Shown here in pieces: positions 6,847 through 14,625 of a DNA stretch of 20,000 nucleotides. The position numbers and the translations under genes were made by a program. The notes below the pieces were generated by a model, which did not search any database, had not been told where the DNA came from, and saw nothing but the letters and a program-made list of their open reading frames with translations. This DNA comes from an uncultured virus (IMG/VR IMGVR_UViG_3300032220_002272) (lineage: Duplodnaviria; Heunggongvirae; Uroviricota; Caudoviricetes). The stretch lies in the IMG/VR virus record IMGVR_UViG_3300032220_002272; one strand, 5' to 3'. Positions within the stretch are counted from its first letter, which is position 1. Each line of letters begins with the position of its first letter.

Positions 6847-8249
6847 GCTGCGCGCACCTCCGCGCCATCCTGCGCCGCCATCACGTCGGCCAAGCCGTGC
6901 GCGATCCACCGCATCACGTTGACCGCTTGGCTGTTCCCCAGCGCCTTGTAGCGCGGCCCGTCCGCCGCCGGCTTCCCGCGATAGGTGATCGCGGTGAAGC
7001 CGTCCGGCGCGCCCATGAGCCGCTCGCATTCAGTGGGCGTGAGGCGGCGCACCGCCCACTGGTCGGCGATGTTCAGTTCCTGACGCCGACCGCCGCCGGA
7101 CGGCGCGTTGAGGCTATAGGCAAGCCCCTCCTGCCACTCGACGTTTCGACCGCCTTCCCGGCCGCGCTCCTGAAACGCGATCGGTTGCACGATCGCCTGC
7201 GCACTGCGGTCTGTCCCGGTCGTCAGCGATCCACTGACGCCGCAGGTTTCATAGGCGCCATCGTTCGGCGTGATGCGGTAGGCCACTGCGTCAGGGCGCT
7301 TGGCCCGCATAGCGTAGCCGACGTCCGGCTGCACGCCCAACCCGGAGCGCTCCGCTGCGGTGCCTCCGGCTCCTTCCCCGGACCGATCCAGCGCATCGCT
7401 GTGAATGGCATAGCACGGCACTATCGGCGTACCGCGCCCGGTGCCGTCTTCGCTGGCATCAAACCCTTCGGCGCGCAGGGCATGCGCCACGAAGGTTTCA
7501 ACCTCAAAATCGCATTTGTGCCCGCGCGCCGTCAGGCATGCCGCCTGCTCTACCGCTCCAGCCCGATTGCCACCGCCGAAAGCGCGCGCGCCAAGAGCGC
7601 CGGCAATGCCTTCCCCCGCTTGGCGGCGCGGCGCAGGATTCCCGCGCAGGCTTTCGCGCTCAAATAATACCGCTGCGGGACCGGCTGCGTCTCCAAGATG
7701 TGCGACAACGAACACACGCCGCCGCCGCTGGGGCACGGCCCCCTCGTGCCCGTCCACTCGGACGTATTGAGCGTCCAGCACTCGGTAGGCCCACCCATAC
7801 CCGAGTTCGCCCAGGAGCCGGAGGAAGGTTCCCATCGTTCGTCCGCTGTCGTGCGACAGGAAACCGGGGACATTCTCCCATACCAGCCATCGCGCGCGAA
7901 CGCGTCGAGCCAGCGCCAGGAACTCAAGGGTGAGGTTGCCGCGCGGGTCGTCCAGGCCAAGGCGCTTTCCTGCGACGCTGAATGCTTGGCAGGGGGTGCC
8001 TCCGGCAAGGAGGTCAACAGGTCCAACATGGTGGCTCTCGATCTTGGTGAAGTCGCCGAACAGGGGCGTCGTGTTGCTGCCGGGGACGAAGCGGTGATCC
8101 CACTCGACCGGCACCGCGCCGTGACGCTGCTCGAGCACCGCGCGCGGGAACGCTTCGATCTCGGAATAGCCGACGCAGCGGAACCCCAGCCCCGCCGACG
8201 CGAGGGTGAAGGCGCTGTAGCCCGAGCAGACGTCGAGGTAGCGGATCAT
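6843..8249 (-). CDS. DNA (cytosine-5) methyltransferase
   Basis: Motifs I (LDVCSG), IV (GGTPCQAFSVAG), VI (WENVPG), VIII (PQRRRRVF), IX (RRLTPTECERLMG) and X (RYKALGNS). Confidence 0.95.
   Translation of the reverse strand: MIRYLDVCSGYSAFTLASAGLGFRCVGYSEIEAFPRAVLEQRHGAVPVEWDHRFVPGSNTTPLFGDFTKIESHHVGPVDLLAGGTPCQAFSVAGKRLGLDDPRGNLTLEFLALARRVRARWLVWENVPGFLSHDSGRTMGTFLRLLGELGYGWAYRVLDAQYVRVDGHEGAVPQRRRRVFVVAHLGDAAGPAAVLFERESLRGNPAPRRQAGEGIAGALGARAFGGGNRAGAVEQAACLTARGHKCDFEVETFVAHALRAEGFDASEDGTGRGTPIVPCYAIHSDALDRSGEGAGGTAAERSGLGVQPDVGYAMRAKRPDAVAYRITPNDGAYETCGVSGSLTTGTDRSAQAIVQPIAFQERGREGGRNVEWQEGLAYSLNAPSGGGRRQELNIADQWAVRRLTPTECERLMGAPDGFTAITYRGKPAADGPRYKALGNSQAVNVMRWIAHGLADVMAAQDGAEVRAA
7550..8029 (-). 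CDS. Nested +1-frame ORF resembling the M.EcoHK31I beta polypeptide (159 aa)
   Basis: SWANSGM...CWTLNTSEW...CSLSHILE...PQRYYLSAKACAGILRRAAKRGKALP..L..AL; own ATG with GAGAG upstream. Confidence 0.65.
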   Translation of the reverse strand: MLDLLTSLPEAPPAKHSASQESALAWTTRAATSPLSSWRWLDAFARDGWYGRMSPVSCRTTADERWEPSSGSWANSGMGGPTECWTLNTSEWTGTRGPCPSGGGVCSLSHILETQPVPQRYYLSAKACAGILRRAAKRGKALPALLARALSAVAIGLER

Positions 8250-8542
8250 CAGGCGGCCTTCACCCGATCGCGACTGAAGAACGTCGGATCCGACGGGCGA
8301 ACCCGCTCGCGCAGATCGTCACCCAACACCGCCCCAGGCTGCGCGCCGTCGATCGGCAAAGCGAACGGCGGCCGGGGCGGAAGCGGCGCGGGCGGGTTCA
8401 CCGCGGTGCGCGCCCGGTAGATCGACGCCGCCCATTCCGGCTTCGTGTGCTTCAGCATCTCGAGTTCGGCGGCGGCGGCGTCGAAGTCGCGGGCCAGGAT
8501 CGCGCGCGCGAGACGTTCGCGCCAATCAAGTGCAGTTCCCAT
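8249..8542 (-). CDS. Hypothetical protein (97 aa)
   Basis: Strong GAGGAGG SD; TGATG coupling to the MTase. Confidence 0.75.
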   Translation of the reverse strand: MGTALDWRERLARAILARDFDAAAAELEMLKHTKPEWAASIYRARTAVNPPAPLPPRPPFALPIDGAQPGAVLGDDLRERVRPSDPTFFSRDRVKAA

Positions 8543-8576
8543 CGTTACCTCCTCTTCGTGGTGGTTGGTGGCCGCG

Positions 8577-9680
8577 TCAGACGCGGAGCGGCATCAGCAC
8601 GAGGCTCGCGGCCTTCGCCTTGGGGCTGGTGATCAGTGCGGGCGCCGCCGCATCGCCCAGCGAGAACTCGACATGATCAACGTCGAGCGCGGCGAGCGCG
8701 TCGCGCAGGTACTTGCTGTTGAAGCCGATGGTCAGTGGGTCGCCCTCGTATTCGCAGGGCACCTCGTCGACGGCTTCGCCATGCTCGGGCGTCGTGATGG
8801 AGACGCGTAGGAGATCTCGCTTCAGATCGAAGCGGACCGCGCGCACCTTGTCCGTCGCCACCAGGGCAAGCCGGCCGACCGCCACCCTCAGCGCGTCGCG
8901 ATCAACCGAGGCGACGGCTGGGGCTGGCGCCGGTATCGTGCGAGCGTAATCCGGATACGTCCCATCGACCACCTTGGCGACGATGACGAAATCGCCGGCG
9001 GCCATCGTGACCTTGCCGTCGCCGACCGCGACGTCGATCGACGTTTCGCGCGCTTCAGCCGCCGCGCGCGCCAGATCAATGCAGCGGGTGCGCAGGATGG
9101 TGTCGGGCATGCTTTGAGCGCCTTCCGGCAGGTCGTCGACATAGCGGGCGAGCCGATGGCCGTCGCACGATGCAAACCGGAGCGATCCTTCGAACGCGTG
9201 CAGGAAGACGCCGTTCAAATAATAGCGAACCTCTTCGGTCGACACCGCGTGGCGCACCACGTCCAGCGCGCACACCAACGCCTTGCTTTCCAGTGTGAAG
9301 CGCGCCTGCACGACCTCCTGCTTCAGGATCGGGAATTGGTCCTTCGGCAGCGTCGCGAAGCGGAACCGCGCCCGGCCGTTCGATACTGTCGCGGCCGATC
9401 CGTCGAACTTGATCGCCGTCTGGCTGCCGCCGCCGAACGACCCGACCACGTCCGCCAGGCGGTGCGCGTCGAGGGTGAAGCTGATCGGCCGCTCAACGAC
9501 GGCGGGAACGGTCAGCGTGACCATCACGTCCAGGTCGGAAGCGGTCAGGCGGACCATCCCGGCTTCCGCCTCGACCAACACGTTCGCGAGGATCGGGATG
9601 GTGTTGCGGCGCTGTACGGCGGCGCGCACCTCGCGCAGCGCGCGGTTGAGCTTGTCGGTTTCAAAGGCGATGGTCGTCAT
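8577..9680 (-). CDS. dnaN: DNA polymerase III beta sliding clamp paralogue (367 aa)
   Basis: RRNTIPILANVL, LTASDLD, AVSTEEVRYYLNGV, SCDGHRLA, DGTYPDY, IGFNSKYLRDAL and C-terminal VLMPLRV. Start at ATG 9680 (ATGA overlap). Confidence 0.95.
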   Translation of the reverse strand: MTTIAFETDKLNRALREVRAAVQRRNTIPILANVLVEAEAGMVRLTASDLDVMVTLTVPAVVERPISFTLDAHRLADVVGSFGGGSQTAIKFDGSAATVSNGRARFRFATLPKDQFPILKQEVVQARFTLESKALVCALDVVRHAVSTEEVRYYLNGVFLHAFEGSLRFASCDGHRLARYVDDLPEGAQSMPDTILRTRCIDLARAAAEARETSIDVAVGDGKVTMAAGDFVIVAKVVDGTYPDYARTIPAPAPAVASVDRDALRVAVGRLALVATDKVRAVRFDLKRDLLRVSITTPEHGEAVDEVPCEYEGDPLTIGFNSKYLRDALAALDVDHVEFSLGDAAAPALITSPKAKAASLVLMPLRV

Positions 9681-10003
9681 GCGATGGCTCCGATGGACGG
9701 GGCGGCGGGCTCGACAGGCCCCTCGCCAATTTCGCGGAAGAGGTTTGCGGACACGCGGGCGCAGCGCTCGGCGACCTTGGCGAGCTCGCGCGCCAGCATG
9801 CGGACTTCGAAATCCGTGATGGTCGTGTTGCCCTGCCGCTTGTCGTACAGGCCGCGCTCGCTGCACCCGATCAGGGCGGCGACGTTCTTGAACCCGCCGC
9901 GATCGCACATGATCTCGCAAGCAGTTTCGAGGCCGGCCATGCGTGGCACCGACAACCGCCGCGCGACTGCTTCCGAATGTTCGGAAGTGGCTTTTTCCAC
10001 CAT
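9677..10003 (-). CDS. Hypothetical protein, possible HTH (108 aa)
   Basis: Coupled on both sides; GGFKNVAALIGCSERGLYDKRQG is HTH-like. Confidence 0.7.
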   Translation of the reverse strand: MVEKATSEHSEAVARRLSVPRMAGLETACEIMCDRGGFKNVAALIGCSERGLYDKRQGNTTITDFEVRMLARELAKVAERCARVSANLFREIGEGPVEPAAPSIGAIA

Positions 10004-11220
10004 CACGCCACCTCCACATTGCTGAGCAGGACGCCCTGATCGGCCTCGATTCGGCGGCGTGCGATCGCCGCGTATTCCGGGTTCAACTCGATCAGGATCG
10101 CATCGCGCTGCAGGCGATCTGCGACGAGGCCGGTCGTACCAGCGCCGCCGAACGGGTCGAGGACGACGCCGCCGGCTGGGCATCCCGCAAGGATGGCGCG
10201 CGCAGCCAGCTCAGTCGGGAAAGTGGCGAAGTGGGCCTCTTTGAACGGCTGGATCGCGATCTCCCACACCGGAAGCGCCGCGGGTTCGTAATTGCGGAGG
10301 TATCGTCCGTCGCCACGAGGGGTGTTGGCGATCCCGGTGTGATTGACGTGACCCTCGTGGCGCGGGCCAACGGTGCGAGTCTTCCCCTTCTCACGGCCCT
10401 GACGATGGTGCGACCCATGGGCGCCAGCACCCGTGTCCCAGCCATCTGGCATCTTGATGCGACGGTTGCCCGTTACCGCGCGAGGCCCCGGTACGCCGCC
10501 GACATAGCTGCCACCCCGAAAGGTCGCGGCGTCCTCGTCCGACGTGCGTCCTTGGAGGACGGCGGCCGCATTGTAATAGGTGCCGATCTTGAGCCAGCGA
10601 GACCCATCCCGCTCCGGATCGGTGATCAGCGGGCAGCGCTCGGTCAGGTCGGGGCAGAACGACAGCTCGCCGGTGTCGCGGGCGCGCCAGATATCTCCGT
10701 CGTCCGACTTCGCCAGCCAGAAGACCTTCTCGTGCGAAGTAGATGGGCGCTGCGAACCCGAGCTGTCGGGCATCGGGTTGAGCTTGCCCCACACGATCTC
10801 AGAGCGCACCCACCAGCCCGCGTCCTGCAACGCGATGGCAAGCCGGTTCGGCACCATGCACAGATCCTTGGGCTTGATCCCGGCACCGACGGTGCTGAAC
10901 GGCTTGTCGCGGAAGGTGCGATCGTCGTTGCCCGCAACCTTCGCATCTGCCGCTGATCGCCCGTTCGGAGCGGAAGCATAGCAGTCGCCGTAATTCAGGA
11001 AGCAATTGCCGGTCGGCTTCAGAACCCGGCGCACCTCCTCGAACACCGCGACCATGATCTCGAGATGGTCTGCAAGCGTCGGCTCCAGTCCGATCTGCCC
11101 GGCGACGCCGTAATCGCGCAGCCCCCAATAGGGCGGCGACGTCACGCAGCAGTCCACGGAGTCGGACGGGATCAACGCGAGCTGCTCACGCACGTCCCCG
11201 AGCATGATGCGGACACTCAT
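10003..11220 (-). CDS. DNA N4-cytosine/N6-adenine methyltransferase (beta class)
   Basis: SVDCCVTSPPYWGLRDY near the N-terminus; HFATFP and VLDPFGGAGTTG near the C-terminus. Confidence 0.93.
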   Translation of the reverse strand: MSVRIMLGDVREQLALIPSDSVDCCVTSPPYWGLRDYGVAGQIGLEPTLADHLEIMVAVFEEVRRVLKPTGNCFLNYGDCYASAPNGRSAADAKVAGNDDRTFRDKPFSTVGAGIKPKDLCMVPNRLAIALQDAGWWVRSEIVWGKLNPMPDSSGSQRPSTSHEKVFWLAKSDDGDIWRARDTGELSFCPDLTERCPLITDPERDGSRWLKIGTYYNAAAVLQGRTSDEDAATFRGGSYVGGVPGPRAVTGNRRIKMPDGWDTGAGAHGSHHRQGREKGKTRTVGPRHEGHVNHTGIANTPRGDGRYLRNYEPAALPVWEIAIQPFKEAHFATFPTELAARAILAGCPAGGVVLDPFGGAGTTGLVADRLQRDAILIELNPEYAAIARRRIEADQGVLLSNVEVA

Positions 11221-11381
11221 GCCGCGCGACTCTCGCGCACCGGCAACCCGATCACCGGGTGCCAGCCCATCACGCAGCCGTTCACGGCATACAGGCGCGT
11301 TGCGAGCGCGCTGGCCGCAGGACGCAGAGGTTCGTCCGCCGTCCCGCCCTTCGACGGGATCGACGCTGTTCGCATCGTCAT
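11217..11381 (-). CDS. Small hypothetical protein (54 aa, not in ORF track)
   Basis: GGAG SD; MTMRTASIPS...GWHPVIGLPVRESRAA; stop overlaps the MTase ATG (ATGA). Confidence 0.55.
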   Translation of the reverse strand: MTMRTASIPSKGGTADEPLRPAASALATRLYAVNGCVMGWHPVIGLPVRESRAA

Positions 11382-11421
11382 GGTGTCACTCCTGGCGGGC
11401 GGCTGCCCGCGGGCTAGATCC

Positions 11422-11907
11422 TCAGGTCTGGTCGGTCAGGCGGCGTTGGGACTTGGCGCGCTGCTCACGCAGGCGGTCGATGTGTCGGGCGACAGCTTCG
11501 ATCTCGGGCCACATGCCGTCGAGCTCCTCGTCGTCGACGATGTTGTCGTTCTCGAGCGCCGCCGCCTTTTTCGCCATGAGGTCGGCGAGCGCCTTCAGTG
11601 CCGTGCGGCCTTCACAGGCGCCGGCCGCGTCGATCGGGCTGATCCGCATGCCAACGAGGCCCATGACGTCGTTGGCAAAGCGGCCGTCCCACTCGCGGCA
11701 GCCGCGCAGGAACGATACGACACCCATCTCGCCCAGGGCTGTGCGGTAGCGCGCGGCGGTGTCCTCGTGCTTTCCCAGCACCGCACCAAGGTCGGCATCG
11801 GTCGCCCCATCCTCCGTCTTGATCGTCTCGAGGCTCTTGCCGAGCGTCTCAAGCAGTAACGATGCGGGAACGGTGCGGTAGCGGTTGTGGATGTGCGGCG
11901 CGGTCAT
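11422..11907 (-). CDS. CII-like phage regulatory protein
   Basis: Position downstream of cro; HTH-like TDADLGAVLGKHEDTAARYR and C-terminal ALENDNIVDDEEL pattern. Confidence 0.65.
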   Translation of the reverse strand: MTAPHIHNRYRTVPASLLLETLGKSLETIKTEDGATDADLGAVLGKHEDTAARYRTALGEMGVVSFLRGCREWDGRFANDVMGLVGMRISPIDAAGACEGRTALKALADLMAKKAAALENDNIVDDEELDGMWPEIEAVARHIDRLREQRAKSQRRLTDQT

Positions 11908-12164
11908 GCTGCAAAGCCTTCGACATGAACAGGGAAACGATCCACCTCGCCCCGAAAGACGACCGCCTCGCGGTTGCCCGCGCGTTGGTCGACAAAGGTG
12001 CCGGTGACGCAGGTACGCGCGTCACCGGCGAGGGGGCGGCCGCCCGTCATGGTTTCAGCGGCCGCGGGGAGAGCTTGGGCGCGACGGATCGCGCAATCGG
12101 TGTGGGTGCAGGCGAAGGCCTCCGGATGCCAGGGGCCGATGCCGCAGCGATCGCAGGTGCTCAT
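11904..12164 (-). CDS. Hypothetical protein with Cys-rich N-terminus (86 aa)
   Basis: ATGA overlaps at both ends; CxxC...CxxxxC. Confidence 0.6.
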   Translation of the reverse strand: MSTCDRCGIGPWHPEAFACTHTDCAIRRAQALPAAAETMTGGRPLAGDARTCVTGTFVDQRAGNREAVVFRGEVDRFPVHVEGFAA

Positions 12165-12403
12165 GCGGCCGCGACCTCATCGATCGGATACAGGTCCGGC
12201 CGCAGATCGTGGCGGCTGCCGAAGCCTTCCCGTTCTGCCTTTAAAACGAACTCTCCCGGGAGCGGTCGGCCGTTCTTAAGCCAGTACGAAACCATCTGCT
12301 GCGAAGTGCCAATTGCCGCAGCGAAACGCGACTGGTTGTCCCCTGCGGCTGCGACAGCAGCCCTGAGTGCGGTGTGCATGGTGTCGGGAGAAGGATCGCT
12401 CAT
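12161..12403 (-). CDS. cro: Cro/YdaS-family transcriptional regulator
   Basis: NQSRFAAAIGTSQQMVSYW HTH and RHDLRPDLYP signature; divergent from the repressor. Confidence 0.88.
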   Translation of the reverse strand: MSDPSPDTMHTALRAAVAAAGDNQSRFAAAIGTSQQMVSYWLKNGRPLPGEFVLKAEREGFGSRHDLRPDLYPIDEVAAA

Positions 12404-12411
12404 GACCCGCA

Positions 12412-12478
12412 TTTATACAGAAGTTCTGTAGCCGTGCAACAGGACTTTTGTAGCCCCGCCAGCCGCAGTATTTTTGTA
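12412..12478. promoter_or_regulatory. OR-like operators and PR promoter
   Basis: 15-bp sites TACAGAAGTTCTGTA (12416, perfect palindrome), AACAGGACTTTTGTA (12438) and CGCAGTATTTTTGTA (12464). Minus-strand TTGCAC-16nt-TATAAA overlaps them. Confidence 0.8.
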
Positions 12479-12490
12479 GGTGCCGGTGCC

Positions 12491-13174
12491 ATGGATGCGC
12501 ACCTCACCGATCCGGATGCTGCCCAGGCTTGGATGATACGCGAGCGCAAGAAGCGCGGATGGTCGACCTCCAAGGTGGCAGACGTGGCCCGAGCCATCGC
12601 GCGACGCGAGGGAAGCGAAATGAAGCTGACCCAGCAGTCGGTATCGGGTTTCGAGACTGGTGATCCGAAGCGGATGCCGGAATGGATGCGTTACGTGCGC
12701 ATGGCGTTCGAGGAGGGGGAGCCGGAACCAGATGCTGACACCCAGCCCCGCGACGAGGTCGTGTACATTCGTCAGCTCGACATTCGATACGCCCTTGGCC
12801 CTGGCGCGGCCATTGAACGCGCCACGTCGGCCACGCTCGTTCCCTTCAATCTCGGCTTCATCCAGTCACTCACGAGGTCCCCGACTGAGCGCTTGTTTAT
12901 CGCTACGGGCTTCGGCGACAGCATGGAGCCGGTGCTGCTCAAACATGACCTGGTGCTCATCGATGCGAACGACACCAGCCTCGATTTGGGCGATACGCTG
13001 TGGGCGCTAGAGTATGCTGGCAGTGGGCTGATCAAGCGCCTTCGCGCAGTCATGCGAGATGGGAAGCGCAAGCTGGTCATTATGTCGGCGAACCCAGACT
13101 ATCCGGCGGAGGAGGCTGATCCGAAGGACGTCCGAATCATCGGGAAGGTGGTTTGGGTTGCGCGTCGGATGTAG
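12491..13174 (+). CDS. cI: CI-like repressor (HTH + S24 peptidase)
   Basis: N-terminal HTH (LTQQSVSGFETG), catalytic GDSMEP and LIKRL, C-terminal RIIGKVVW. Start set at ATG 12491. Confidence 0.92.
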   Translation: MDAHLTDPDAAQAWMIRERKKRGWSTSKVADVARAIARREGSEMKLTQQSVSGFETGDPKRMPEWMRYVRMAFEEGEPEPDADTQPRDEVVYIRQLDIRYALGPGAAIERATSATLVPFNLGFIQSLTRSPTERLFIATGFGDSMEPVLLKHDLVLIDANDTSLDLGDTLWALEYAGSGLIKRLRAVMRDGKRKLVIMSANPDYPAEEADPKDVRIIGKVVWVARRM

Positions 13175-13183
13175 GCTCGGCCA

Positions 13184-13594
13184 ATGGCTTGGTCTCAACT
13201 CAGCGTAAAGATCGTCGGCGCAAATCATCCGAATGCCGATGGCGGCAATCGGCGGAGCGAAATTGCTTTCTGCGATGCTGGCGAGCCAGTGGAACTTCGC
13301 CCGGAGCCTAAGAACCCGCACGACGAACATGCGATTGCCGCGTACTCGGCGCGCGGTTTTCAGATCGGCTATGTGGCTTCTGATCGAGCGGTATTGCTGA
13401 AGGGGCTAATGCGGGATGGCCACGTGGTCACCGCCATCTTTCAGGACGTAGCCACATGGGGTGCGATTGCCCGAATCGGTATCGACTGCTCGCCGGTCCT
13501 GCCGACGCCAACGGTTTCTGAGGATAGCCACGACGATCCGCTGCCGACTTCAGAGCCGGATTTTTGGCCGGACTACATCCCTCCCGACGACTGA
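13184..13594 (+). CDS. HIRAN domain protein
   Basis: IVGANH...VELRPEPKNPHDEHAIAAY...QIGYV HIRAN signature. Confidence 0.85.
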   Translation: MAWSQLSVKIVGANHPNADGGNRRSEIAFCDAGEPVELRPEPKNPHDEHAIAAYSARGFQIGYVASDRAVLLKGLMRDGHVVTAIFQDVATWGAIARIGIDCSPVLPTPTVSEDSHDDPLPTSEPDFWPDYIPPDD

Positions 13595-13600
13595 CGTATC

Positions 13601-13642
13601 TACAAAACTATTGTTGACATAACTACAGCACTTTTGTAGCTC
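13601..13642 (+). promoter_or_regulatory. OL-like operators and PL promoter
   Basis: TACAAAACTATTGTT (13601) and TACAGCACTTTTGTA (13624) match the OR consensus; perfect TTGACA -35 at 13614-13619. Confidence 0.8.
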
Positions 13643-13680
13643 GCTTCCAAGCCGCACAACGCGGCATGGAGGTTTCACCT

Positions 13681-14151
13681 GTGGCCACCGCCCTACGCAC
13701 CGACTGGCCGAGCGACGAACGCGATCCCCGCGTCGACGCCGCCGTCGAGGATTTTCGCGCCGCCGTCATTGATCTGCGCCGGCTGAGTGCTGCGCTGTTC
13801 GAGCTGCCCGCGGGCAGCTCGCATCGCCCACCGCTGAAGGAGCAGATCGACGATCTGGTCGGTGGCATGCAGGCGCGCTGCGACATGCTGGGGATCGACC
13901 TCGACCAGCTGTTCCAGCTCATCAACGCCGACCTCGCGGCCCGGCGCGGCGGCGGTAACGATCACCGCCCGCATGGCGATCACCTCCGCGCGCTTGTTGA
14001 TGAGGTGAACGGCGCCTACGCCGATGAGGCGACCATCCACCGCAACATCACCCGCCTGCAGGATCTGCTGCCCAGCGCCGCCGCGCGCCGGATCGCCGCC
14101 GACCGTGCATGCGCCGGTTTCGTCGCGGGCTGGCCGGAGCGCGGACGATGA
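13681..14151 (+). CDS. Hypothetical protein (first gene of PL operon)
   Basis: GGAGG SD before GTG 13681; helical protein-like composition. Confidence 0.7.
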   Translation: MATALRTDWPSDERDPRVDAAVEDFRAAVIDLRRLSAALFELPAGSSHRPPLKEQIDDLVGGMQARCDMLGIDLDQLFQLINADLAARRGGGNDHRPHGDHLRALVDEVNGAYADEATIHRNITRLQDLLPSAAARRIAADRACAGFVAGWPERGR

Positions 14152-14396
14152 GCGCCGCCGCGCCCGCCCCGCGGTCAGAAAAGCAAGAGCAGTTCCTCAT
14201 CTACCTCCGCCGCATTGGTCCGGAGGGTTGGGACAGGTCCCGCAACGACAGCGTCCTATGCGCGCTCGAGCGCGACGGCCTGGCCGAATATCGCGGCACC
14301 CGCGCCCGTCCCCGCGTCGAGGCATGGCACGCCACCCCCGCCGGCGCGAAGTGGGTCGAGGATGCCCGCGCCGCCGCCCTCGCACAGGAGGTCTGA
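14148..14396 (+). CDS. Hypothetical protein (82 aa)
   Basis: ATGA overlap; LERDGLAE...WHATPAG resembles a wHTH wing. Confidence 0.65.
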   Translation: MSAAAPAPRSEKQEQFLIYLRRIGPEGWDRSRNDSVLCALERDGLAEYRGTRARPRVEAWHATPAGAKWVEDARAAALAQEV

Positions 14397-14397
14397 C

Positions 14398-14625
14398 ATG
14401 ACCCGCGACACCTTCCTTCATATCGTCGGCTGGCTGTGCCTGATCGCGATCGCCGAGGTCGCCATCTTCACGATGAGCGAGACGGTCGCGCCGCAGTGGC
14501 GCCGGATCTGGCGTCTCGCCACCGGCCATATCGACCCGGCGCCCATCCCCCCAGCTGCCTCGGACGCGCGCGCCGCGTCGGCACTCCCCCAGAGTTCTGC
14601 GGAGGGACGATATCATGTTCAGTAA
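14398..14625 (+). CDS. Small membrane protein (75 aa)
   Basis: AGGAGG SD; hydrophobic stretch FLHIVGWLCLIAIAEVAIF. Confidence 0.65.
   Translation: MTRDTFLHIVGWLCLIAIAEVAIFTMSETVAPQWRRIWRLATGHIDPAPIPPAASDARAASALPQSSAEGRYHVQ

Noticed and set aside
6847..7029. N-terminal extension of the PAPS-reductase-like ORF
   Set aside because: Lies within MTase motifs IX-X; the GTGA overlap at 6846 is the more plausible start.
8577..9680. Host chromosomal dnaA-dnaN-recF origin locus
   Set aside because: No dnaA, recF or gyrB nearby; the gene is embedded in a phage operon.
9681..10019. N-terminal extension making DnaN 480 aa
   Set aside because: Overlaps a separate coupled gene; clamp homology starts at ATG 9680.
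6843..11220. Restriction-modification system
   Set aside because: No cognate restriction endonuclease is adjacent; orphan phage methylases are more likely.
9114..11859. Long + strand ORFs (303, 337 and 264 aa) opposite dnaN, the MTase and the cII-like gene
   Set aside because: Antisense shadows; the minus-strand genes have clear family motifs and translational coupling.
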